This document shows, piece after piece, positions 13,401 to 25,300 of a DNA stretch of 64,000 nucleotides. Origin of the DNA: Antedon mediterranea (lineage: Eukaryota; Animalia; Echinodermata); the NCBI RefSeq assembly GCF_964355755.1, contig NC_092671.1, positions 40,744,304 to 40,808,303 on the forward strand. The letters are read 5' to 3'. The translations under genes and the position numbers were made by a program. Each line of letters opens with the position of its first letter. Position 1 is the stretch's first letter. The notes below the pieces were generated by a model. That model saw only the letters and a list, made by a program, of their open reading frames with translations, was not told where the DNA came from and did not search any database.

Positions 13401-16400
13401 TAGTGCTGGAACAAGAGTTTTTGAGGTAATAGTTTAAGTAATTATTCAATAATTAGATGGTTTCTATTTCAGTTTAATTGCAGTTTACTTGTAATTATGA
13501 AGCTGACACAGCAATAGTTAGACCCAGAAACCACACAATAATAGATTGTAATTATGAAGCTGATACAGCATTAGTTAGACCCAGAAACCACACAATAATA
13601 GATTGGAATTATGAAGCTGACACAGCATGACCCAGAAACCACACAATAATAGATTGTAATTATGAAGCTGACACAGCAATAGTTAGACCCAGAAACCACA
13701 CAATAATAGATTGGAATTATGAAGCTGACACAGCAATAGTTAGACCCAGAAACCACACAATAATAATAGATTGGAATTATGAAGCTGACACAGCAATAGT
13801 TAGACCCAGAAACCACACAATAATAGATTGGAATTATGAAGCTGACACAGCAATAGTTAGACCCAGAAACCACACAATAATAGATTGGAATTATGAAGCT
13901 GACACAGCAATAGTTAGACCCAGAAACCACACAATAATAGATTGGAATTATGAAGCTGACACAGCAATAGTTAGACCCAGAAACCACACAATAATAGATT
14001 GTAATTATGAAGCTGACACAGCAATAGTTAGACCCAGAAACCACACAATAATAGATTGGAATTATGAAGCTGACACAGTATTATATTAGACCCAGAAACC
14101 ACACAATAATAGATTGGAATTATGAAGCTGACACAGCATTAGTTAGACCCAGAAACCACACAATAATAGATTGGAATTATGAAGCTGACACAGCAATAGT
14201 TAGACCCAGAAACCACACAATAATAGATTGGAATTATGAAGCTGACACAGCAATAGTTAGACCCAGAAACCACACAATAATAGATTGGAATTATGAAGCT
14301 GACACAGCATTAGTTAGACCCAGAAACCACACAATAATAGATTGGAATTATGAAGCTGACACAGCATTAGTTAGACCCAGAAACCACACAATAATAGATT
14401 GGAATTATGAAGCTGACACAGCAATAGTTAGACCCAGAAACCACACAATAATAGATTGGAATTATGAAGCTGACACAGCATTAGTTAGACCCAGAAACCA
14501 CACAATAATAGATTGTAATTATGAAGCTGACACAGCATTAGTTAGACCCAGAAACCACACAATAATAGATTGGAATTATGAAGCTGACACAGCAATAGTT
14601 AGACCCAGAAACCACACAATAATAGATTGGAATTATGAAGCTGACACAGCAATAGTTAGACCCAGAAACCACACAATAATAGATTGTAATTATGAAGCTG
14701 ACACAGCAATAGTTAGACCCAGAAACCACACAATAATAGATTGGAATTATGAAGCTGACACAGCATTATATTAGACCCAGAAACCACACAATAATAGATT
14801 GGAATTATGAAGCTGACACAGCATTAGTTAGACCCAGAAACCACACAATAATAGATTGGAATTATGAAGCTGACACAGCAATAGTTAGACCCAGAAACCA
14901 CACAATAATAGATTGGAATTATGAAGCTGACACAGCAATAGTTAGACCCAGAAACCACACAATAATAGATTGGAATTATGAAGCTGACACAGCATTAGTT
15001 AGACCCAGAAACCACACAATAATAGATTGGAATTATGAAGCTGACACAGCATTAGTTAGACCCAGAAACCACACAATAATAGATTGGAATTATGAAGCTG
15101 ACACAGCAATAGTTAGACCCAGAAACCACACAATAATAGATTGGAATTATGAAGCTGACACAGCATTAGTTAGACCCAGAAACCACACAATAATAGATTG
15201 TAATTATGAAGCTGACACAGCATTAGTTAGACCCAGAAACCACACAATAATAGAATGGAATTATGAAGCTGACACAGCAATAGTTAGACCCAGAAACCAC
15301 ACAATAATAGATTGGAATTATGAAGCTGACACAGCATTAGTTAGACCCAGAAACCACAGAATAATAGATTGGAATTATGAAGCTGACACAGCAATAGTTA
15401 GACCCAGAAACCACACAATAATAGATTGGAATTATGAAGCTGACACAGCAATAGTTAGACCCAGAAACCACACAATAATAGATTGGAATTATGAAGCTGA
15501 CACAGCAATAGTTAGACCCAGAAACCACACAATAATAGATTGGAATTATGAAGCTGACACAGCATTAGTTAGACCCAGAAACCACACAATAATAGATTGG
15601 AATTATGAAGCTGACACAGCAATAGTTAGACCCAGAAACCACACAATAATAGATTGTACAATGTATATGTTAATTAATCTTTAATATTTTAGTACATACT
15701 TCACACACCATCAATACCTATTACTGGAGGAAAGAAGATAGCTTACCATAGCTTAAGAGGAGAAATTGAATTCAGAGACATTTGCTTTAGGTATCCCACA
15801 CGACCAGACCAGGTAGGAACATAATCATTTCAAATTAATTACTTCATTTAACATTTTTTATTTCAGCTTTCATATGAAAATCTTAGTTTGTTTTGGTTAT
15901 TTCTACTGCTACATCGAAGTCTTGTTTTTGTTTTTCAGGAAATATTAACACATCTTGATTTGAAAATTAAGCCAGGTGAAGTTATTGCATTGTGTGGTCC
16001 TTCAGGAGGAGGTAGGGCAACGTGTCTTACATTATTTTCATAAAATTAAGCCCAGTGAAGTTATTACATTGTGTTGAAAGAGTATTAGATAATGTTGAAA
16101 GAGTATTAGATAATGTTGAAAGAGTATTAGATAATGTTAAATGAAGAGTACGCATAATGATTTATTTGTATGTAAACACTATTGACATAATTTCATCCAC
16201 ATACAACTCTTTATAACAAAATGTTTCTATCTTCTTTCAACTAAAAGTTGTGGTTAATCTAGGGTCACATTCTATAGTCAGATAGGCTGCTTGCTATATC
16301 AGTGTACTAATGAATGGATGAATGGCTGCTATATCAGTGTACTTATGAATGGATGAATGGCTGCTATATCAGTGTACTTATGAATGGATGACTAGTTGGT

Positions 16401-19400
16401 CATACCCAGTAATGTTTTTATTTTACGATCATTCGGGAAACCACTGTAATTATATATTAAAATTGCGGTATATGATTCATTTTATTGTTATAAAAATACT
16501 GACTATATATGTTTTGTAGGTAAATCAACGATAGCATCACTGCTTGAGAGATTTTATGATGCGGATAATGGAACAATTACTATCGATGGGTATGATATAA
16601 AGCTGTTTGATCCCACCTGGCTGAGGGGCAGAGCAATTGGATTTATAAATCAGGTATATCATTCTTAAATAATATATATTTATTTTATGGAATTACCTTC
16701 AAGATTATATTATCTGCATGCATTAATGTATACTTTTGGGTATTATCATATTGGTATTGTTTTTATTTTTTATCAGGAACCAGTTTTGTTTGCTAGTAGT
16801 GTAATGGAAAACATTAGGTATGGCAAACCAGAAGCAACAGATCAAGAGGTAAGAAAAGAATGAAATGTAGATTGATTTAGTACATAATAAAGATGAAAAA
16901 AAATGAGTAAATTAATAAATAGTTAAATATAAAATACATAATATAGAAAGTCTTATCTTATTTGTATTCTAGGTCATAGAAGCTGCTATTCTTGAATTAT
17001 ATTTAACGTCTCTATCATATTTTAATGTCCTATTTGTATTATAGGTCATAGAAGCTGCTATTCTTGATTTATATTCAATGTCTCTATCATATTTTAATGT
17101 CCTATTTGTATTATACAGTAGGTCATAGAAGCTGCTATTCTTGATTTATATTCAACATCTCTATCATATTTTAATGTCCTATTTGTATTATAGGTCATAA
17201 AAGCTGCTATTCTTGATTTATATTCAACGTCTCTATCATATTTTAATGTCCTATTTGTATTCTAGGTCATAGAAGCTGCTATTCTTGATTTATATTCAAC
17301 GTCTCTATCATATTTTAATGTCCTATTTGTATTATAGGTCATAGAAGCTGCTATTCTTGATTTATATTCAATGTCTCTATCATATTTTAATGTCCTATTT
17401 GTATTATAGGTCATAAAAGCTGCTATTCTTGATTTATATTCAATGTCTCTATCATATTTTAATGTTCTATTTGTATTATAGGTCATAGAAGCTGCTATTC
17501 TTGATTTATATTCAATGTCTCTATCATATTTCAATGTCCTATTTGTATTATAGGTCATAGAAGCTGCTATTCTTGATTTATATTCAATGTCTCTATCATA
17601 TTTCAATGTCCTATTTGTATTATAGGTCATAGAAGCTGCTATTCTTGATTTATATTCAATGTCTCTATAATATTTTAATGTCCTATTTGTATTATAGGTC
17701 ATAGAAGCTGCTATTCTTGATTTATATTCAATGTCTCTATCATATTTCAATGTCCTATTTGTATTATAGGCCATAGAAGCAGCTATTCTTGATTTATATT
17801 CAATGTCTCTATCATATTTTAATGTCCTATTTGTATTATAGGTCATAGAAGCTGCTATTCTTGATTTATATTCAACGTCTCTATCATATTTTAATGTCCT
17901 ATTTGTATTATAGATCATAGAAGCTGCTATTCTTGATTTATATTCAATGTCTCTATCATATTTTAATGTCCTATTTGTATTATAGATCATAGAAGCTGCT
18001 ATTCTTGATTTATATTCAATGTCTCTATCATATTTTAATGTCCTATTTGTATTATAGGTCATAGAAGCTGCTATTCTTGATTTATATTCAATGTCTCTAT
18101 CATATTTTAATGTTCTATTTGTATTATAGGTCATAGAAGCTGCTATTCTTGATTTATATTCAATGTCTCTATCATATTTTAATGTCCTATTTGTATTATA
18201 GATCATAGAAGCTGCTATTCTTGATTTATATTCAATGTCTCTATCATATTTTAATGTTCTATTTGTATTATAGGTCATAGAAGCTGCTATTCTTGATTTA
18301 TATTCAACGTCTCTATCATATTTTAATGTCCTATTTGTATTATAGATCATAGAAGCTGCTATTCTTGATTTATATTCAATGTCTCTATCATATTTTAATG
18401 TCCTATTTGTATTATAGGTCATAGAAGCTGCTATTCTTGATTTATATTCAATGTCTCTATCATATTTTAATGTCCTATTTGTATTCTAGGTCATAGAAGC
18501 TGCTATTCTTGATTTATATTCAATGTCTCTATCATATTTTAATGTCCTATTTGTATTCTAGGTCATAGAAGCTGCTATTCTTGATTTATATTCAATGTCT
18601 CTATCATATTTTAATGTCCTATTTGTATTCTAGGTCATAGAAGCTGCTATTCTTGATTTATATTCAATGTCTCTATCATATTTCAATGTCCTATTTGTAT
18701 TATAGGTCATAGAAGCTGCTATTCTTGATTTATATTCAATGTCTCTATCATATTTTAATGTCCTATTTGTATTCTAGATCATAGAAGCTGCTATTCTTGA
18801 TTTATATTCAACGTCTCTATCATATTTTAATGTCCTATTTGTATTCTAGGTCATAGAAGCTGCTATTCTTGATTTATATTCAATGTCTCTATCATATTTT
18901 AATGTCCTATTTGTATTCTAGTTCATAGAAGCTGCTATTCTTGATTTATATTCAATGTCTCTATCATATTTTAATGTCCTATTTGTATTATAGGTCATAG
19001 AAGCTGCTATTCTTGATTTATATTCAATGTCTCTATGATATTTTAATGTCCTATTTGTATTCTAGGTCATAGAAGCTGCTATTCTTGATTTATATTCAAC
19101 GTCTCTATCATATTTTAATGTCCTATTTGTATTATAGGCCATAGAAGCTGCTATTCTTGAGTTATATTCAATGTCTCTATCATATTTTAATGTCCTATTT
19201 GTATTCTAGGTCATAGAAGCTGCTATTCTTGATTTATATTCAACGTCTCTATCATATTTTAATGTCCTATTTGTATTCTAGGTCATAGAAGCTGCTATTC
19301 TTGATTTATATTCAATGTCTCTATCATATTTTAATGTTCTATTTGTATTATAGGTCATAGAAGCTGCTATTCTTGATTTATATTCAATGTCTCTATCATA

Positions 19401-20538
19401 TTTTAATGTCCTATTTGTATTATAGGTCATAGAAGCTGCTATTCTTGATTTATATTCAATGTCTCTATCATATTTTAATGTCCTATTTGTATTATAGGTC
19501 ATAGAAGCTGCTATTCTTGATTTATATTCAATGTCTCTATCATATTTTAATGTCCTATTCGTATTATAGGTCATAGAAGCTGCTATTCTTGATTTATATT
19601 CAATGTCTCTATCATATTTTAATGTCCTATTTGTATTCTAGGTCATAGAAGCTGCTATTCTTGATTTATATTCAACGTCTCTATCATATTTTAATGTCCT
19701 ATTTGTATTCTAGGTCATAGAAGCTGCTATTCTTGCAAATGCTCATGACTTTATAGAAAAATTCCCTGAAGGATATAACACTATTGTTGGTGAAAGAGGT
19801 GTAACAGTTTCTGGGGGACAAAAACAGAGGTAATGCATATTTTGACACAGTTGAAATATTATATATATTGTATTGTACTGTATATTTCATTTAAAATAAG
19901 TTTGTTTTGTTTGTTTAGAATTGCAATAGCCCGAGCACTGTTAAAAGATCCATGTATATTGATATTAGATGAAGCAACAAGCGCCCTCGATGCAGAGTCT
20001 GAGCGCTTGGTTCAGGACGCATTGGATCGGGTTTCAAAAGGTATTTTTACTGATTGTCAATAATTGTTTTTATATAATTACAATTAAAAGTTTATGTTTT
20101 TACAAGAGCAATGATTTGAATGATTGTTGGCATTATAGGTCGTACAGTTCTCGTCATAGCTCATCGGTTAAGTACTATACGTAAAGCTGATGTCATTGCT
20201 GTCTTAGTTAATGGAATAATCAAAGAGGTAAGCTATGTTACAAATCAACTAAGTATGTGTACAAATACGTATTCAAATAATTAAAGCTATTACAGATCAA
20301 GTAATATGTGTACAAGTACATATTCAAGTAAAAATGTTTGAAATATATTAAAATAAAATATCATTTTTATCTACTGTACAGCAATTAATGTATTAATTTA
20401 ATTATTAGATTAATGATTAAAATCATTTATAATCTAATAATCGTTTATGATTCGTTTTAGATGGGAAATCATGATGAGCTTCTAACGAGAAAAGGAATAT
20501 ATAAAGAACTTATACAACAACAAAGAATTGAAGAATAA
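10434..20538 (+). CDS. ABCB8: ABCB8-like mitochondrial half ABC transporter
   Basis: Exons: 10434-10696, 11038-11323, 11642-11943, 12079-12154, 12280-12420, 12510-12693, 13247-13425, 15693-15812, 15939-16011, 16520-16653, 16777-16848, 19714-19829, 19919-20040, 20139-20227, 20461-20538. Arg/Ser-rich N-terminus; [20 protein letters not shown] resembles ABCB8; Walker A GPSGGGKST, signature VSGGQKQR, Walker [14 protein letters not shown]-loop IAHRLST. The start codon is less certain. Confidence 0.92.
12778..12934. repeat. 28-bp minisatellite, about 5 copies
   Basis: Unit TGTTAAGCTGCTAATCATTTGTGACAAA. Confidence 0.9.
13489..15657. repeat. Intronic 57-bp tandem array, about 38 copies
   Basis: Unit GACCCAGAAACCACACAATAATAGATTGGAATTATGAAGCTGACACAGCAATAGTTA; fills almost all of ABCB8 intron 7. 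Confidence 0.97.
16307..16391. repeat. 35-bp minisatellite, about 3 copies (begins near 16292)
   Basis: Unit GCTATATCAGTGTACTTATGAATGGATGAATGGCT. Confidence 0.75.
16959..19735 (+). repeat. 72-bp tandem array, about 39 copies, spanning a splice acceptor
   Basis: Unit is 50 nt of intron end plus the first 22 nt of the exon (GTCATAGAAGCTGCTATTCTTG); the last copy is the real exon start at 19714. Confidence 0.97.
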
Positions 20539-20870
20539 TACAAAGTAAATATGAAGAATAATACAAAGTAAATATGAAGAATAATACAAAATAAATGAGT
20601 ACTGGATCTCAAAATGAATATCAAATAAGTGATAGCGTGATCCTTTGTGAAGCAGAATAGGCTACTGTTGTTCCTATATATTATTTGTTAATACTGTAAT
20701 TGTTAAAACTACAAATATTTGTATTTAAGAAAACAAATTTGTGGCGTTTTGTTTTGCAGTATCAAGTTTTCTTGGAAATATGGGGTGATGTGATTAAAAT
20801 ACCTTGGTAACTATTACTCAGGTGATGGCTTATGAAGCAGATGTCCAAGCAATCATTTTGTCAGTAAAAA

Positions 20871-20983
20871 CAAATATAATAAGTAGGTGACATAACCCTA
20901 ACCCTTTGAATTCATCAAATATAATAAGTAGGTGACATAACCCTAACCCTTTGAATTCATCAAATATATTAAGTAGGTGACAT
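20871..20983. repeat. 45-bp tandem repeat, about 2.5 copies, containing TAACCCTAACCC
   Basis: Visible directly. Confidence 0.8.
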
Positions 20984-21336
20984 GCTCAGTTTTGTTGAGA
21001 AACATTGCTTAATACAAATGCACTTCTCGTTTAGCATTCAACATTCATATTTTATTCGCAATTTTTAAATACAATTAAACATAATATAAACTAACTTTAA
21101 ATGATGTAATTGTTTAAACCACAAAGAAAACAAACAAATATTCTTTGTAATTATCAATAATTAACCACTATTGTTTATAAAACGCATTTTTAGACACTAT
21201 GTACCGGTATATAATAATTTGTGACCATTACATGACCGGGTTTGAAGCCTTATAAAATTAATAATTACTTTTAGAATGAATACATATCATATCTATTTTA
21301 CTTGTTGTTTAATAAATAGCATGTAATTGTGTAACC

Positions 21337-21570
21337 ATGGTCAGGGTTACTGTTACCAGAAATGCCCAAAGGTATGCATTTGCACCAATTTGGATTTTGA
21401 TTTCTAGTGCATTGGTTTCCGTCGGTGTAATTTTATGCATTTTTCAAGCTATCAATTCTGATCATGGACGTATGGTACCGTATTTGGTGATACTGATTAT
21501 AGGGCTGACGTCATTGGTTTGCAGTGTCGTTTGTGCAAAGGTTGCTGCATCTTACGAGTCAAAAAAATGA
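21337..21570 (+). CDS. Putative 77-aa protein with two transmembrane helices
   Basis: ACCATGG start context, TATAAAA about 85 nt upstream, two hydrophobic stretches (APIWILISSALVSVGVILCIF; VPYLVILIIGLTSLVCSVVCA). No family recognised. Confidence 0.5.
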   Translation: MVRVTVTRNAQRYAFAPIWILISSALVSVGVILCIFQAINSDHGRMVPYLVILIIGLTSLVCSVVCAKVAASYESKK

Positions 21571-21929
21571 AGTAATATCGAGTCACCTGATAACCAGGGA
21601 TAAACATAATCTGAACACGCATTATTGATAGCTGTCATCGGGAATTTACCGTCTGGACACGCACTTATAACCCGTCTTTCAATATGGGTCAAAACAGCAA
21701 CCAGCGTGAGCAGTCTGGACACACATTTATAACCCGTCTATCAATGTACAGGAGTGTAGTAATGGGTCAGAATAGGATCCAGCGTGGGCAGTCTGGACAC
21801 ACATTACAAGCGCCCTGTTTCCTTTGAAATTTCTATGAACTCTACGTTTAAATCATTCTAATATGTATTCAGATGTAATTTTATTGGATATTAATAATAT
21901 TACCCGAATCATGGAGGATTTCGTGCTTC

Positions 21930-22213
21930 AATAGAACAATAGGCCTACAGTAGGCCTATTCACAATTCAAATGATTTTATTATGCCACTAAAAGGTATCA
22001 CTGGAATAGAGCAATAGGCCTACAGTATTCACAATTCAAATGATTTTATTATGCCACTAAAAGGTATCACTGGAATAGAACAATAGGCCTACAGTATTCA
22101 CAATTCAAATGATTTTATTATGCCACTAAAAGGTATCACTGGAATAGAACAATAGGCCTACAGTATTCACAATTCAAATGATTTTATTATGCCACTAAAA
22201 GGTATCACTGGAT
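21930..22213. repeat. 69-bp tandem repeat, 4 copies
   Basis: Unit GGAATAGAACAATAGGCCTACAGTATTCAC...GGTATCACT. Confidence 0.93.
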
Positions 22214-22395
22214 TATATAGACTTACTGTACAGTATTTAATGTAAAAACTCTAAAGTCTAGGTCTACTTATTAATTTAAACGGTTAAATACGATTAAGAA
22301 ATAGGCTACTCCGTCCGACGGTACCCAACCCATACTATTGTTGAGAACCACAATGTTTACAGTACCGTCGCAGGTTCTACTACACGAATGATTCT

Positions 22396-25300
22396 TCAAT
22401 AAGGACGTACGCATGCTGCAGATTTACCATCAAATATACACACATCAATAACACCTTCATTAAGACCACTAATGGTTGTACAGGGAGGATACTTCATCAT
22501 AGAGATGGGATCTTTAAAATCACGCATAACAATGAATCTACTCTTTTTCGATATAACTCTTTTCGCAAAGAATTTATGCAAGTCTAATGTTACACTATTT
22601 TTATCCTCAGAGTCTACCATTACAGGGGTGCTCTCTTTCCCAAAATCATAAACTTTAAACATTTTATACAGCTTATCATATTTCTCCTGGAAAATAAGTT
22701 GCGCCATATTTTGGAGTGTTGATTGAAGCTGTTTTTTATTGGTTTCACCTATAACAAGCATCATTTTACCTGTCGCTGATGGCAATTTTATCTGCAACGA
22801 AATTACAAAATCTATGTTAATACCATATGTTGATTCAATAATGTGTAGGCGTGTGGGCGTGTGGCGCAGTGTGTTGGACGTCGGACTACTGATCGTGAGA
22901 CCGAGGTTCGAATCCAACTCTCGCCGCATTGCTTGTATCCTTAGGCAAGATACTTACTTGCGGTTGCCGCTCTCCACCCAGGTGTATAAATGGGTACCCG
23001 GTTAGATCAAGACACAACTTTGCGCTGATTACTAGCTGCATTATGGAAGTATGTTTCCATACGTGTTTGATCCCAAAAAAATGACTGGGGTAATAATGTT
23101 CAGCGCTTAGAGGTTTCATTACATTAGGCGCTATATAAATCCAGGATATTATTATTATTATTATTAGGCCTACATTAGTATAGTTATAACATACAAGTCA
23201 AACTTACCTCGTGGTTAAAATCCACTTTCATTTTGAAATTGTTTTCTTTTGTTGGGGATACTATGTGAACAGTTACATCGCCGGCTGGAAATTGCAATAC
23301 GGTATATAACATACATTAACAATACGGTATATAACATACATTAACAATACGGTATATAATACATTAACAATACGGTATATAACATACATTAACAATACGG
23401 TATATAATACATTAACAATACGATAGACCTTTACATTAACAATACGGCATATAATACATTAAGAATACGATAGACCTTTACATTAACAATACGGCATATA
23501 ATACATTAAGAATACGATAGACCTTTACATTAACAATACGGTATATAATACATTAACAAGCATAATTGAATTAGACTTTTTTATTGAACGTGAATCGTTT
23601 TCATACTTTTTTTGTCACCTTGATAATTCCTATAAAACTTTGTTTGCTGTCAATCGTAGGCCTATTTGTTTCCACAAACACAATTATTTGAATCACATTT
23701 TAAATTTAAAATTGCAATGCACTTTGGCATTTTTAAGGAAAAGATGTGTTAACTCAATTGTTTGTTCATCATACCTATAATTAATAAATTAGAAACCAGT
23801 GGAAAAAAGTTACTTCGTCATTCTAGCTGCTTGACACGTACGTTTTACATTGGTTAATAATTTATGAACTATTCCCACATTGAAACTAACCAGTTCACAC
23901 GCCATATTGGTCATTCACCGTACCGTATGTATTTAATGCCTACTCCTTTATTCAACCTCTCTCACAGCAAACCTTTACTTATTTTTACGGGGCGTCGTTC
24001 GGTGAATACGATTCGATTGAAACCAGAAGTGAAAAAAATACCAAAATCACGTTTGTACTTACAGTATATTTTAAAGTCGATACATTGTTGCCGACTCATA
24101 AACCTAAAAAAAAAAAAACCATTTGAAATATACAGTATTTATTAGACCTATTCTTGAGAAATGATTCGGTCATTCTATGAGGCCTACTGACATCTAAACC
24201 AGTATAACGTTGATTAAAGATCACCCATCTCTCATAGTAAACAAATATACGTACCCATCACTCGTAGTGCTGACAAAACATACTGGATGAGTACCAGGAA
24301 TAACATATCTTCCTGGCCATCTAAATTCCAGTTCGTAAACATGTTTGCCATATCCATCCACTGTGTTTCTTTGTCTAAGTGTCATTCCTGTTGGCATGAT
24401 TGATTCTACTTCTATTAGGCTGGAAAAAAACCGTAACGAGTTTTGTTTTAATATTAGTAAAAAAATAAAATAAATATTTGTGCCCATATTTGAGCTTGGA
24501 TCCTAAAAAAATGGTAAAGCAGATATTGTTCAAGTGTTTGGTTAATTTTTGTATAACATAATAATATTCAATCGACGTTTTATTTTTACGTCATATCATA
24601 ACCCAGGGAGAGCTAAGAAAGCTAGATCTTTCATATAATAATAATTGTTTTTGTATTGGAAGCCCAGTGGTCGGAAAAATAATTGCGCGTACGCCATCTA
24701 TAATAGATTTATGGCCATGCAGTCAACACCACATGCCCAAGCACCTCAGCTCTATTTATTTAGTTGGCGGTAATTTTAAACGGTATAGACATAATGCTTG
24801 AAGTGGATATCGGACACACCTTGCAGTTGCAGGCCACTTATGCCATTCGGTGTTTTGAAACAGACATGAATCAACCGGCTATGCTGCTGTCGTCAGTGTG
24901 TTAATGTGCCGCCTGGCCTAATGTATCGGAGTCCAGCCGCAACAAGGCTATATTCTAACTGCACAGTATGAATCGTTCACCAGCATGAATGAAGAAATCT
25001 TTATGACTGCAGCGATTATTTAAAGATCCGGGACTAGCTGGTGTCATCGGGCATTCGAAACAAACAAACTAGGTAAGTTCATGCTTTATACACATTTTAG
25101 CGGTTTGTTTTTGTAGGAGAAATCCCCCTCACCTCCTCCACCCAGGGAGGTGGGGGAGGGTGGAATTGGTCATATACATATAGTATAGTTTACTACATAA
25201 ATACATTGAACACGTAATGAAGAATGAGATGCATGGATATTAAATTCAGAAGTGTATCCATCAGTGAGTCTAGTATAGAGTATTACCTTCTACTATTAAT

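Noticed and set aside
13571-15684. Long repetitive ORFs (157, 236 and 311 aa)
   Set aside because: They arise from a 57-bp (3n) unit lacking stops in one frame; ABCB8 splices cleanly from 13425 to 15693 around them.
17262-19574. 386-aa and 98-aa minus-strand repeat ORFs
   Set aside because: Antisense reading of the 72-bp acceptor array.
20893-20950. Interstitial telomere
   Set aside because: Only two TAACCC units per copy.
22851-22925. Functional tRNA genes here and near 3308, 60889 and 63799
   Set aside because: Cloverleaves are imperfect and continue into SINE bodies.
24650-25070. GC-richer intronic block as a nested gene
   Set aside because: No sustained ORF found; possibly a degenerate retroelement fragment, but not supportable.
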